DNA of 64,000 nucleotides from Elusimicrobiota bacterium (GCA_044221725.1 JBGAON010000001.1:480001-544000); one strand, 5' to 3'; shown: positions 1 to 10,200, numbered from the stretch's first letter. Made by a program: numbers and translations. The notes: a model not told the origin generated them from the sequence alone.

Positions 1-2
1 AA

Positions 3-185
3 ATTCTCCAAAAAGTTATCATGTGGGCCGCCGAAAAACGCGCACGCGTTATCGCGCTTGATGTGGACACTGCGAACGAAGCGGCCGTGCGGCTTTACAC
101 GAAATTAGGGTTTGAAATTGTGCAGCGCCGAAAATCGTCGTATCCCAAAGGAGAAGACGCGTTTGTGATGAGGAAAAAAATATGA
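3..185 (+). CDS. RimI-like GNAT acetyltransferase, C-terminal part (truncated by window edge)
   Basis: Manual translation ...IALDVDTANEAAVRLYTKLGFEIVQRRKSSYPKGEDAFVMRKKI* matches the GNAT/RimI C-terminal motif N-x-x-A-x-x-LY-x-K-x-GF...Y...EDA-x-x-M. Confidence 0.75.
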   Translation: MLQKVIMWAAEKRARVIALDVDTANEAAVRLYTKLGFEIVQRRKSSYPKGEDAFVMRKKI

Positions 186-2455
186 GGTCGTTCAAGGAAA
201 CGTCATTCCCGCGAAAGCGGGAATCCAGTTTTCAAAGCTTTTTCAAAAGATTGTTTACGGCCTGGATTCCCACTTTCGCGGGAATGACGTTCGTTACACT
301 TTGCGCTATTCACTGCAGTTCGGCAACGGTTTTTGGGGCGCAGACGGGCCAGTCGGGTGCCGCGTACCAATCTTATTTGAAAGCGTTGTTGCTCGAGAGC
401 CAGGGGAATTTTGCGGCGGCGAATTCTGAAATTGAAAAAGCTCTGACCGTCGCGCCCGAAAGCGCGTTCTTGCACCGAACGGCGGCCGAACTCGCATTGC
501 GGCTTGGCCAAGTGAACCGCGCGAGCGACGAAATTGAGCGAGCGATCGAACTGGATCCGAAAGACGTTCGTGCGCTGATTGTTGCGGGTCAAATTCAATG
601 GGCGCTTGGAGATTCCGAAAAGGCCGAGGCACGCCTGCGCCGTGCGCTGGCGATCAACCCCGATGAGTCCGAGGCGCTGATCAGCTTGGCCGGCACCATC
701 ACACCGAAAAATCCGAAAGAAGCGATTAAGCTTTACAAAGATTTCCTTGTGCGTCATCCGAACGAAGCCGAAATTCAAGAACGGCTCGCGCAGCTTTACC
801 AGGCCACGAACGATTTCAGCAACGCGAAGAAAACATGGGAAGAGGTGCTCGAGAACAATCCGAGTTCGGTGCGCGCGCATTTGGCGTTGGCACAGCTCGC
901 TGAAATAAATTTCGATACCGCCACCGCCATTTCTCATTACGAAGGGGTGTTGGTTCAAGATCCGACGAACTTGCCATTGTTGTTGCGTGTCGGAGAATTG
1001 CGTTACCGGAACAACGATATGGCAAAGGCAAGCGAGGCGTTCACGAAAGCGCAAACGGTTTCGCCGTCGAGTCCCGCCGCCAATTTCTGGCTCGCGCTTC
1101 TTGCTGAAAATCGTGGTGATTGGCCCGAAGCCATTCGGTTATTAAAGAATGTTCCGGAAGGCACGCGCGAGACCGGCGTGATGCTGCGGCTGTCTTATTA
1201 TTATTCGCAAAACGGCCAATACAAAGAAGCGGTGAACGTTCTCAAGCGTTTGTCCGATAGCGATCCGTCCAATATCGATTTCCTAAATTATTTGGCGATT
1301 GCGTACGAGCAAGACAAACAGTTATCGAACGCCGAGGTTACGCTTAAAAAAATCATCGCTCTCGACCCGAACGATCCCGAAGCGCACTTTCATTTGGGTA
1401 CGTTGTACGACCGCACAAACCGTTTCTCGAAAGCCGAGGAAGAATTGAAGACCGCAATTCGACTGAAGCCCGATTTTCATATGGCGCTTAATTACCTTGG
1501 TTACAGCTACGGGGATCGCAATGTTCATTTGGACGAGGCCGAGAAACTTGTGAATGACGCGATTGCATTCGATCCACACAACCCCGCGTATCTGGATTCG
1601 ATGGGATGGATTTATTTCCGACAAGGCAAGTTGGACAAAGCGAAAGATTTCCTTCACGAAGCGTCGAGCCAAGTGAACGACTCGGTGATATGGGACCACT
1701 TCGGCGATTTGCAGATGGCGAGCGGTCAGCCCGTGGATGCCGTAATGTCGTGGGACGAGGCGCTGAGACTCAATCCCAAAGAAAAGGCGATTCAAGCGAA
1801 GATGGAAAAAGCAATGGCCCGAATCTCGAAAGCGGACAAGGTGGATTTGTTCGTTCGTCGCTCGCTCGCGAACTACGGAGATTTGGAGTCGATTCAGGGG
1901 CTATCGGAAATAACGGTTTGCCAGTCGAAGCCATGCTTTCGATCGAAAGCACAATTCGGCTACGAGCGCGGTGCCGATATCAAACTCGAAATTCCGGGTC
2001 CGCTGTCGGGTCCCGTGCTGTTGCTCACGAAAAAACACGGTCAAGCCGCAAAATACGGAGCGCTTCATCCGCAATTCCAAACGGTCGAGAAGGATGTGGT
2101 GCGCGCGTTTGACCGCCTCGAAAGTTTGCTTTCGGCCGAAGTGTTTAAGCAATACGATTTGAAAGAACTCGAACAGAATTCCGTTTTGAAGGGCAACGAG
2201 CTGTCGGCGTCGGCGAAAAATTTTCGTATCACATTCAATGCAAAAACCGGTGTCGTAAAAACGCTGGAATGGAACGACGATGATGGCCAGGAAACGCTTT
2301 CGATCGGAGCGGGCACAACGCCGCAATCGGCCTCGCTCGCAAAGACGATGGAATGGAAACGTGCGGCCACAAATTTTTTGATTCGAATTGAATTCCTGAA
2401 TCCCGTTGTTGCGACGAGCACCGCTTCCGACGAAACCGCCTCTTCGCGTCCTTGA
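182..2455 (+). CDS. Exported TPR-repeat protein with a C-terminal non-TPR (LolB/LolA-fold-like) domain
   Basis: Many TPRs including ALNYLGYSY and AYLDSMGWIYF motifs typical of the TPR gene upstream of lolB-ispE; ATGA overlap with the upstream gene. Confidence 0.8.
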   Translation: MRSFKETSFPRKRESSFQSFFKRLFTAWIPTFAGMTFVTLCAIHCSSATVFGAQTGQSGAAYQSYLKALLLESQGNFAAANSEIEKALTVAPESAFLHRTAAELALRLGQVNRASDEIERAIELDPKDVRALIVAGQIQWALGDSEKAEARLRRALAINPDESEALISLAGTITPKNPKEAIKLYKDFLVRHPNEAEIQERLAQLYQATNDFSNAKKTWEEVLENNPSSVRAHLALAQLAEINFDTATAISHYEGVLVQDPTNLPLLLRVGELRYRNNDMAKASEAFTKAQTVSPSSPAANFWLALLAENRGDWPEAIRLLKNVPEGTRETGVMLRLSYYYSQNGQYKEAVNVLKRLSDSDPSNIDFLNYLAIAYEQDKQLSNAEVTLKKIIALDPNDPEAHFHLGTLYDRTNRFSKAEEELKTAIRLKPDFHMALNYLGYSYGDRNVHLDEAEKLVNDAIAFDPHNPAYLDSMGWIYFRQGKLDKAKDFLHEASSQVNDSVIWDHFGDLQMASGQPVDAVMSWDEALRLNPKEKAIQAKMEKAMARISKADKVDLFVRRSLANYGDLESIQGLSEITVCQSKPCFRSKAQFGYERGADIKLEIPGPLSGPVLLLTKKHGQAAKYGALHPQFQTVEKDVVRAFDRLESLLSAEVFKQYDLKELEQNSVLKGNELSASAKNFRITFNAKTGVVKTLEWNDDDGQETLSIGAGTTPQSASLAKTMEWKRAATNFLIRIEFLNPVVATSTASDETASSRP
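199..291. repeat. Palindromic REP/RPE-like element (family A) inserted in frame in the TPR gene 5' end
   Basis: AACGTCATTCCCGCGAAAGCGGGAATCCAG...CTGGATTCCCACTTTCGCGGGAATGACGTT; translates as SFPRKRESS...WIPTFAGMT. Confidence 0.9.
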
Positions 2456-3333
2456 TTCTTCGCGCGCACGCCAAAGTTAACCTTCATTTGGATATCGGCC
2501 CGCGCCGTACGGACGGATATCACGACTTGGAAACCGTTTTCCAGGAAATATCGCTGCACGACACGCTGCGGTTTTCCGCTCATCCAAGCGAAATAATTTT
2601 GAGTTTGTCTCGAAACGCATCCGCACTTCCCACCACTTCCGATAATCTTGTTGTCCGCGCGCTCGAGATGCTCCGCAGAAAGCTCCGCGTGAAACGCGGC
2701 ATACGCGTGCATCTCACGAAGGAAATTCCAATGGGCGCCGGTTTGGGAGGGGGTTCGTCGGACGCGGCCGCCGCTTTGTGGGGCGGTTGGCTGCTTTGGA
2801 ACGCGCGCTCGGCAAAACGGCCGAGCAAAGTCCCCGCGGTTCTATTGTCGTGCGCTAAAAAACTGGGCGCCGATGTTCCATTCTTTTTGCAGGGCGGACT
2901 CGCTTACGCCACCGGCATTGGAGAAAAGCTGACGCCGCTCGCACCGCAGCCGAAGCGGTGGATGGTCCTCGTCTACCCGCGGGTGCACGTGGCCACGCCA
3001 CTCGCCTACAAGTTACTGGATGAATCCCGGGCGGGCCCTCGCCCTAACCCTCTCCCTAAAGGGAGAGGGAATAAGATCACCTCTCCCTTTAGGGAGAGGT
3101 CGGCCGAAGGCCGGGTGAGGGAATTCAACTCCTTCGAACCCACCATCCTCAAAAAATTCCCCGAAATCGCGCGCGCCAAGAACGCATTGCTCAATGCCGG
3201 CTGCACCGGCGTGATGATGTCCGGCTCCGGATCCACGGTCTTCGGGTTTGCGAAATCCAAATCCGCCGCGCAAAAGGTTGTTGCACGACTCCGTCGTAAA
3301 CCGTGGGATTCGTTCGTGGTTCATACTCGTTAG
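2452..3333 (+). CDS. ispE: 4-diphosphocytidyl-2-C-methyl-D-erythritol kinase
   Basis: AKVNLHL, DGYHDLET, GHMP motif IPMGAGLGGGSSDAA, LGADVPFF, MSGSGSTVF. Confidence 0.97.
   Translation: MILRAHAKVNLHLDIGPRRTDGYHDLETVFQEISLHDTLRFSAHPSEIILSLSRNASALPTTSDNLVVRALEMLRRKLRVKRGIRVHLTKEIPMGAGLGGGSSDAAAALWGGWLLWNARSAKRPSKVPAVLLSCAKKLGADVPFFLQGGLAYATGIGEKLTPLAPQPKRWMVLVYPRVHVATPLAYKLLDESRAGPRPNPLPKGRGNKITSPFRERSAEGRVREFNSFEPTILKKFPEIARAKNALLNAGCTGVMMSGSGSTVFGFAKSKSAAQKVVARLRRKPWDSFVVHTR
3036..3121. repeat. Palindromic element (family B) in frame within ispE
   Basis: CCCTCGCCCTAACCCTCTCCCTAAAGGGAGAGGG...CCTCTCCCTTTAGGGAGAGG...CCGGGTGAGGG; translates as PRPNPLPKGRG...SPFRERSAEGRVR. Confidence 0.85.
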
Positions 3334-3356
3334 TTTTTGTAGGATCCGTCCCTCAT

Positions 3357-3428
3357 TGGGGCGTCGCCAAGCGGTAAGGCACGGGCCTTTGGAGCCCGCA
3401 TTCGAAGGTTCGAATCCTTCCGCCCCAG
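3357..3428 (+). tRNA. tRNA-Gln(UUG), CCA not encoded
   Basis: Acceptor stem TGGGGCG/CGCCCCA, anticodon arm CGGGC-CT-TTG-GA-GCCCG, T-arm GAAGG-TTCGAAT-CCTTC; conserved position after ispE. Confidence 0.97.
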
Positions 3429-3532
3429 TTTCGTGGTTTATATCTGGCAGATGCTTTACGGTTCATACCGCGCGAGCGCAGTTTTTGTGAATTAATGTAA
3501 GATCGCAACTCGATTTGTTTAATCCTGCTCTT

Positions 3533-4921
3533 ATGAAATCCATTTCCGTCCTCATTCTCGCCGCTGGCAAAGGCACGCGTATGAAATCGGACCTTCCCAA
3601 AGTTTTGCACAAAGTGGGAGGCGTGCCGATGGTGGAACGCGTGGTTCGCACCGTTCAGGCGTTTCGTCCCAGCAGTGTCTGCGTTGTGGTGGGACACGGC
3701 GGCGAGCGCGTAAAAGAGTCGCTTTTAAAAAATTTCCCGAACGTGAAGTTTGCTCAGCAGAAGGTGCAAGACGGCTCGGGCGGTGCGGTTCGTCAGGCTC
3801 TGGCGTGGCTTCGCTCGCAAAACGGACACGTCATTGTCGCCTGCGGAGACGCGCCACTCATCACCGCGCAAAGTTTCAAAGAGCTGATTGCCACGCACTC
3901 GAAGGAAAAAAACCTCGCCACGGTGCTCACCACAAAAATGCTCAATCCCTACGGATACGGGCGCATCGTGCGGGCTCGCGACGGTTCCGTCATGAAGATT
4001 GTCGAGCATTTGGACGCAACGCCGCAGGAGCTTGAGATTAACGAGATTAATACCGGAACCTATTGCTTCGATGCGAAGGCGTTAGCGAATGTTCTTCCGA
4101 AACTCACGAATGCGAATTCCAAAAAAGAATATTACCTGACCGACACTCTGGAGCTTTTGCGAATCCGCGGCGGTCGTATCGGCGGACTCATTTGCGTGGA
4201 TCCGGACGAAACGATGGGCATTAATAGTCGCGTCGAGCTCTCGAAAGCGAACGCGGCGCTTTACCGTCAGAAAGCGGAGTCGCTCATGGCCTCGGGTGTG
4301 ACCATTATTGATCCGGCCACCACCTATATCGCGGATTCGGTCAAAATCGGGGCGGACACCGTGATCTGGCCGCAAACCTTTTTGCTGGGAGACACGAAGA
4401 TCGGGTCTCGTTGCAAGATCGGTCCATGGGCGTATCTGCAAGATACAGTCATTGAAAATGACGTGATTTTTCAAGCCAGTTTTTCCGAGAAGTCGGTTAT
4501 CCGCTCGGGCGCGCGCGTCGGGCCGTACTCGCGCGTTCGGCCGAACAGCGAAATCGGCAAAAATGCTCATCTCGGCAATTTTTCCGAGGTCAAGAACACC
4601 AAAATGGGCGAGGGGGCGAAGGCCAACCACCTCAGTTATTTGGGGGATGCCAAAATTGGAAAAAATGTTAATATCGGCGCCGGTTCAATTACCTGCAACT
4701 ACGACGGCGTCCACAAGCATCCCACCCTGATTCAGGATAACGCCTTCATCGGTTCCAATGTGAATTTAATTGCTCCCGTGCGCGTTGGTGCGCACGCGGT
4801 TATCGGAGCGGGCTCGAGCATCTCACAAGATGTTCCGGCTTGGTCATTGGCGGTGGAACGTTCGGCGCGCGTGGTAAAGAAAGATTGGGCCAAAAGCCGG
4901 ATGAAGAAAGGAAAGAAATAA
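3533..4921 (+). CDS. glmU: Bifunctional UDP-GlcNAc pyrophosphorylase / GlcN-1-P acetyltransferase
   Basis: ILAAGKGTRMKSDLPKVLH, GYGRIVR, EYYLTD, hexapeptide repeats, HLSYLGDA, TCNYDG; start placed at ATG 3533. Confidence 0.97.
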   Translation: MKSISVLILAAGKGTRMKSDLPKVLHKVGGVPMVERVVRTVQAFRPSSVCVVVGHGGERVKESLLKNFPNVKFAQQKVQDGSGGAVRQALAWLRSQNGHVIVACGDAPLITAQSFKELIATHSKEKNLATVLTTKMLNPYGYGRIVRARDGSVMKIVEHLDATPQELEINEINTGTYCFDAKALANVLPKLTNANSKKEYYLTDTLELLRIRGGRIGGLICVDPDETMGINSRVELSKANAALYRQKAESLMASGVTIIDPATTYIADSVKIGADTVIWPQTFLLGDTKIGSRCKIGPWAYLQDTVIENDVIFQASFSEKSVIRSGARVGPYSRVRPNSEIGKNAHLGNFSEVKNTKMGEGAKANHLSYLGDAKIGKNVNIGAGSITCNYDGVHKHPTLIQDNAFIGSNVNLIAPVRVGAHAVIGAGSSISQDVPAWSLAVERSARVVKKDWAKSRMKKGKK

Positions 4922-5854
4922 GTGACACCAATGAAACTTTTTGCGGGGAACGCAAACCCCGCGCTGGCCCGGGCCGTAGCGAAACAGTTGAAGATTCCAT
5001 TGGGAAAAGCGCACGTGGGGCGTTTCCCGGATGCGGAAATTGAAATAAAGATTTTGGAAAACGTTCGTGGTACCGATTGCTTCATTTTGCAGCCCACGAG
5101 CGAGCCGGCCAACGACAATTTGATGGAGCTCCTCCTTATTATGGATGCGCTCAAGCGTGCCAGTGCGAACCGTATCACGCCGGTCATTCCGTATTTTGGA
5201 TACGGTCGGCAGGACAGAAAGGCGCAGCCGCGCGTACCGATTTCGTCGAAGCTCGTTTCCAATTTGATTGTAACGGCCGGTGCCGACCGCGTTTTGACCA
5301 TGGATTTGCACGCGGGGCAGATTCAAGGGTTTTTCGATATTCCGGTGGATCACATTTACACGAACCCGGTGTTCATTAATTACTTTAAGCACAAAAGAAT
5401 GAAGGACGTGGTTGTTGTTTCACCCGATGCTGGTGGTGTGGAACGCGCAAGAGCGTTTGCGAAACGGCTGGAATACGATTTGGCGATCATCGACAAACGT
5501 CGCACCTCGCCCACCGATGCCGACATATTACATGTGGTCGGTGACGTGCGCGGCAAAGTGGCGCTCATCGTCGACGATTTGGTGGACACGGCCGGCACGT
5601 TGGCCAAAGCAGCAAAGGCGCTTATTAGTTCGGGTGCCACAAAAGTTTACGCGGCGTGTGCGCATGGCGTGCTCGCTGGTCCGGCGCTTGAGCGTTTGGA
5701 AAATGCGCCGCTCGAAGAATTGGTGATCACGGACACGATCGCGCTGAACGGAAAGAAGCTTAGCAAGATCAAAGTTTTAACGGTGGCTCCGCTGTTGGCG
5801 GAAGCGATCAAAAGAATACACGAAGAGCGCACGGTCAGTGCGTTGTTTGTCTAG
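4922..5854 (+). CDS. prs: Ribose-phosphate pyrophosphokinase
   Basis: PYFGYGRQDRK, DLHAGQIQGFF, VSPDAGGVERA, VDDLVDTAGT. Confidence 0.98.
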   Translation: MTPMKLFAGNANPALARAVAKQLKIPLGKAHVGRFPDAEIEIKILENVRGTDCFILQPTSEPANDNLMELLLIMDALKRASANRITPVIPYFGYGRQDRKAQPRVPISSKLVSNLIVTAGADRVLTMDLHAGQIQGFFDIPVDHIYTNPVFINYFKHKRMKDVVVVSPDAGGVERARAFAKRLEYDLAIIDKRRTSPTDADILHVVGDVRGKVALIVDDLVDTAGTLAKAAKALISSGATKVYAACAHGVLAGPALERLENAPLEELVITDTIALNGKKLSKIKVLTVAPLLAEAIKRIHEERTVSALFV

Positions 5855-5868
5855 AGAGGGAGAATGTC

Positions 5869-6609
5869 ATGCAGAGAGTTGAATTAGAAGTAAAGCCCCG
5901 CAATTTGGGCGATAACAAGAAACGGAACTTGAACCAACTTCGGGCCGAAGGCTGGGTGCCGGGGACCCTCTATGGAAACGGAAAGCCGGAGGAAATTGCG
6001 GTGGACAGCCGCATTTTCTCGAAAGCCATTCATACGAAAGCCGGAATGAACGCGCTCTTTAACGTGAAGTTTGGTTCGGAAACAAGCTTGGCCGTCGTGA
6101 AAGAAGTTCAGCGCCACATCTTGAAACACAATCCGATTCATGTGGACTTCAAGCGCATCAACATGAAGGAAAAATTGTCGGTGAACGTTCCGACGCACAC
6201 GGTCGGCGAAGCCCCCGGCGTTAAGAATTCCGGCGGTATTCTCGAACACATCACGCGCGAAATTCGCGTTAAGTGCTTGCCGGACGATATTCCGGTGTCA
6301 ATCGATATCGATGTGACGAAGCTCGAACTTGGCCATGGCGTGAAAGTGAAAGACTTGCCGGTCTTGAACGGTGTTGAATTTTTGACGAACGCGGAAACGA
6401 TTATCGTGAACGTTGTTGCTCCGAAGGTTGAAGAAGAGAAGGCGCCGGCGGCGGACGCAGCGGCAGCAGCGGGAGCGCAGCCCGAAGTTATCGCGAAGGG
6501 CAAGAAAGAGGAAGAAGGTGCGGCTCCGGCAGCGGGTGCGGCGAAACCGGCGGCGGGTGCTCCAGCAGCGAAAGCAGCGGCTCCAGCGAAAGAGGAAAAG
6601 AAAAAATAA
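5869..6609 (+). CDS. rplY: 50S ribosomal protein L25/Ctc with Ala/Pro/Lys-rich tail
   Basis: LRAEGWVPGTLYG, KEVQRH, HVDF, GEAPGVKNSGG; prs-rplY-pth synteny. Confidence 0.95.
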   Translation: MQRVELEVKPRNLGDNKKRNLNQLRAEGWVPGTLYGNGKPEEIAVDSRIFSKAIHTKAGMNALFNVKFGSETSLAVVKEVQRHILKHNPIHVDFKRINMKEKLSVNVPTHTVGEAPGVKNSGGILEHITREIRVKCLPDDIPVSIDIDVTKLELGHGVKVKDLPVLNGVEFLTNAETIIVNVVAPKVEEEKAPAADAAAAAGAQPEVIAKGKKEEEGAAPAAGAAKPAAGAPAAKAAAPAKEEKKK

Positions 6610-6616
6610 TGTTTTG

Positions 6617-6690
6617 TCGTCATCCTGGAATGTCTCAATCCAGGGCCCATTTGAAAATGGATCCTGGCTTAAAGCATGCCAGGATGACGA
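6617..6690. repeat. Palindromic element (family A variant) between rplY and pth
   Basis: TCGTCATCCTGG...CCAGGATGACGA terminal inverted repeat with inner CCAGGGCCCAT/ATGGATCCTGG arms. Confidence 0.8.
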
Positions 6691-6705
6691 ATTAGACGAA
6701 TTGAA

Positions 6706-7263
6706 ATGCTTCGCCTTGTCGTTGGGCTCGGGAATCCAACTCCAGCCTACAACCACACGCGGCACAATGTGGGTCGGGAGTTCATAGAGTTTCTCGCGGA
6801 AGAAGCCAAAGAAAGTTTCAAAAAAAGTCGGCAGGCGGAAACATTCCGTCTGCCGATTTTTGTTGGTGCGAAGCTTTTGTGCTTCATGAACGAATCCGGC
6901 GGGCCGATCAAGAAACTCATGGAAACCGAACAAGCAAAGCCCGACGAGATCCTCGTGGTCGTGGACGATTTCATGATTCCGTTCGGAACGTTGCGGTTGC
7001 GGCCCGGTGGTTCCTCGGGCGGTCACAACGGGCTCAATTCGACGATTGATCATTTGGGTACGGACCAATTTCCGCGGTTGCGCGTTGGCGTGGGCCCGGT
7101 CCCCGCGGGACAAGACCCGGCCGATTTTGTTTTAAGGAAGTTCACACGCGATGAGCAAACACAATTGCCCAAAATCTACGCGGCCGCCAAACAGGGAATC
7201 GATGTGCTCGTGACGGACGGCGTTCAAAAAGCTATGAACGCAATGAACAAATCTTACGTATGA
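6706..7263 (+). CDS. pth: Peptidyl-tRNA hydrolase
   Basis: VGLGNP, TRHNVG, FMNESG, GGHNG, RLRVGVG. Confidence 0.96.
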   Translation: MLRLVVGLGNPTPAYNHTRHNVGREFIEFLAEEAKESFKKSRQAETFRLPIFVGAKLLCFMNESGGPIKKLMETEQAKPDEILVVVDDFMIPFGTLRLRPGGSSGGHNGLNSTIDHLGTDQFPRLRVGVGPVPAGQDPADFVLRKFTRDEQTQLPKIYAAAKQGIDVLVTDGVQKAMNAMNKSYV

Positions 7264-10200
7264 CGACGAAAACAGCGCCCTTTGTCCATTTGCACAACCA
7301 CTCCGAGTACAGTTTGCTCGATGGCGCCGCGCGTCTCACCGACGACAAAGGAAAACCTTCCGAATTTATTCAAACGATGGCCAAGATGGGCTACACGGCG
7401 CTCGCGCTCACCGATCATGGCAATCTTTTCGGTGCAATTGAGTTCTACAAGGTCTGCAAAGAAGTTGGCATCAAACCGATCATCGGGATGGAAGCCTATT
7501 TGGCTCCGAGTTCGCGGTTCGACAAAGAAGCGCGTCTTGGCGAGGCGGCGTATCATTTGACGTTGCTCGCGTACACGCGCGAAGGCTACGAGAATCTCAT
7601 GAAGCTTTCGTCGACGGCCTATCTCGAGGGATTCCACTACAAGCCGCGCGTCGACAAAGACATCTTGGCCAAGCACGCGAAAGGCATTATGGGTTTCTCC
7701 GGTTGTTTGAAAGGCGAAATTCCCGTCGCGCTTCGCGCTGGAAACTTTGAAGCCGCCAAAAGTTTGGTGGAGCAATACAAAGGGATTTTTGGTCCGGCGC
7801 ATTTCTATTTGGAAGTCATGGATCACGGACTCGAGATGCAGAAAGAACTTCTGCCGAAACTCATGGAGCTCAGCAAGGCCACCGGTACGCCGCTCGTGGC
7901 CACGAACGATTGTCATTATTTCAAACGCGATGACCATGTCGCGCACGACGTTGTGCTTTGTATTGGCACCGGGAAGAAAATCACCGACGAGAAACGCATG
8001 AAGTACGGCGCGCCCGAGTTTTATTACAAGCCGCCCGAGGACATGATGAAGAAGTTTAAAGATCTTCCGGACGCTCTCTCCGCCACGCTCGCCATTGCCG
8101 AGCAGTGCGAAATGAAAATTGATTTCGATCAGCTGCTTCTTCCGCGTTACGAGGTTCCGGTCGGTGACACGCCCGAATCTTATTTGAAGCGGCTCTGCTT
8201 GGAAGGGCTCACCCGTCGCAAGGGTCATATTCCGGACAATTATCGTCAGCGGCTCGAAATGGAACTCGGTGTCATTAACAAGATGGGTTTCGCGCCGTAC
8301 TTTTTAATTGTGTGGGATTTCATTCACTTCGCGCGCCAAAACGGTATCCCGGTTGGTCCAGGCCGTGGCAGCGGCGCCGGAAGTCTGGTGGCCTACAGCC
8401 TGGCGATCACGTCGATTGATCCGATTGAAAATGGACTTCTTTTCGAACGGTTCTTGAACCCGGACCGTCGCTCGATGCCCGACCTTGATATCGATTTCTC
8501 CGACGATGGTCGCGACCAAGTGATTCAGTACGTGCGCAAAAAATACGGTGAAAATTGCGTGGCGCAAATTATTACGTTCGGTTCCATGCTCGCGCGCGGT
8601 GTTGTGCGTGATGTGGGTCGCGTGCTCGAGATGCCGCTTCCAGAGGTGGACAAAATCGCCGGGCTCATTCCGCGCGAGCTCGGTATCACCATTGACGCAG
8701 CGATGCAAAGCGTCCCCGAGCTGAAACAGCTTTACAAAACGAACGCCGAGGTGACGCGGCTCATCGATCTCGCAAAAAAACTTGAAGGGCTGAAGCGCCA
8801 TACCGGCGTGCACGCGGCCGGCACCGTGATATCACCGACGGACATCACGGCCTTCACTCCGCTCTCGAAAAACAACAAAGACATCGTGACGACGCAATTC
8901 GACGGTGAAACGCTCGGTAAGCTTGGTCTTCTTAAAGTTGACTTTCTCGGTTTGCGCACGCTGACCGTCATTCGCGATGCGCTGAACTTGATTCACAAAC
9001 GCCACGGGCCGGCGTTTGATCTTGACAAAATTCCTGTTGATGACAAGGCAACCTACAGTTTGTTGTGCCGGGCCGACGTGTCGGGTGTGTTCCAGTTGGA
9101 ATCGGGCGGAATGCGGGATTTGTTGCGGAAACTAAAGCCCGCGAGCTTGTCGGATATCACGGCGCTCATCTCGCTCTTCCGACCGGGCCCGATGGGTTCT
9201 GGTATGTTGGACGAATTCGTTGCGCGCAAAAACGATCCGTCGAAAATCAAATTCGACCATCCGCTCATGAAGCCGATCTTGGAAGAAACGTACGGTATCA
9301 TGGTTTATCAGGAGCAAGTCATGCGCATATCGCAAGCGCTCGCCGGTTTCACGCCCGGCGAAGCTGACGGTTTGCGCAAAGCGATGGGAAAAAAGATCAA
9401 AGAAGAACTCGAGAAGCAGCGCGGCAAATTTATTGATGGTGCGGCGAAGAACAACATCAAAGAGAAACTCGCGAACGATATTTTTGACCTGATGGTGCAC
9501 TTCGGAGGTTACGGCTTCAACAAAAGCCACGCGTCCGCCTACGGCCTCATTTCGTATCAGACCGCGTACTTGAAAGCGAATTTCCCAGTCGAATACATGG
9601 CGGCGTTGTGCACGAACGAAATTGGGCGTTCCACAATGGCGTCCAAGGAAGAAGAGTCCAAGCTGGTTGGATATTTAAGCGATTGCCGCGATATGAACAT
9701 CGAAGTGTTGCCGCCCGATGTGCAAATTTCCGAAGCCACATTCACCGTTGAAAGTGCTGTGAACGCAACAAAGCCGCTGCTTCGATTTGGTTTGCTTGCG
9801 ATTAAAAACGTCGGCACGGGCGCTGTTGAATCGATTGTGAAAGCGCGCGGCGACGGGCGTTTCGAATCGCTGCAAGATTTTTGTTCGCGCATCGACACGC
9901 GGCTCGCGAACAAGCGCGTTGTGGAATCGCTGATCAAAGCCGGCGCGGTCGACCATATGTTGAATCTTCCGCCACGCCAAGCGAGGCCACGTCTCATCGA
10001 AGGGGTCGATGCCGCTCTTTCCGCAAGCGCGAAGCTGAAACAAGATGCTGACTTTGCCGAGCAATCGTTGTTCGGCGAAATCGAAATTAAATCGATGACA
10101 AAAGTGCCATCGATTCAAATGAACTCCACGGCCGAATGGACCCAGGAAGCGCTGCTGCAAAATGAGAAAGAAGTGTTGGGGCTTTATTTGTCGGGGCATC

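Noticed and set aside
3357..3532. Prophage or island integrated at tRNA-Gln
   Set aside because: The tRNA is followed directly by glmU-prs; I saw no integrase and no duplicated tRNA 3' end
6440..6606. Repetitive GC-rich tract at the end of rplY
   Set aside because: It encodes the Ala/Pro/Lys/Glu low-complexity tail common in L25/Ctc proteins
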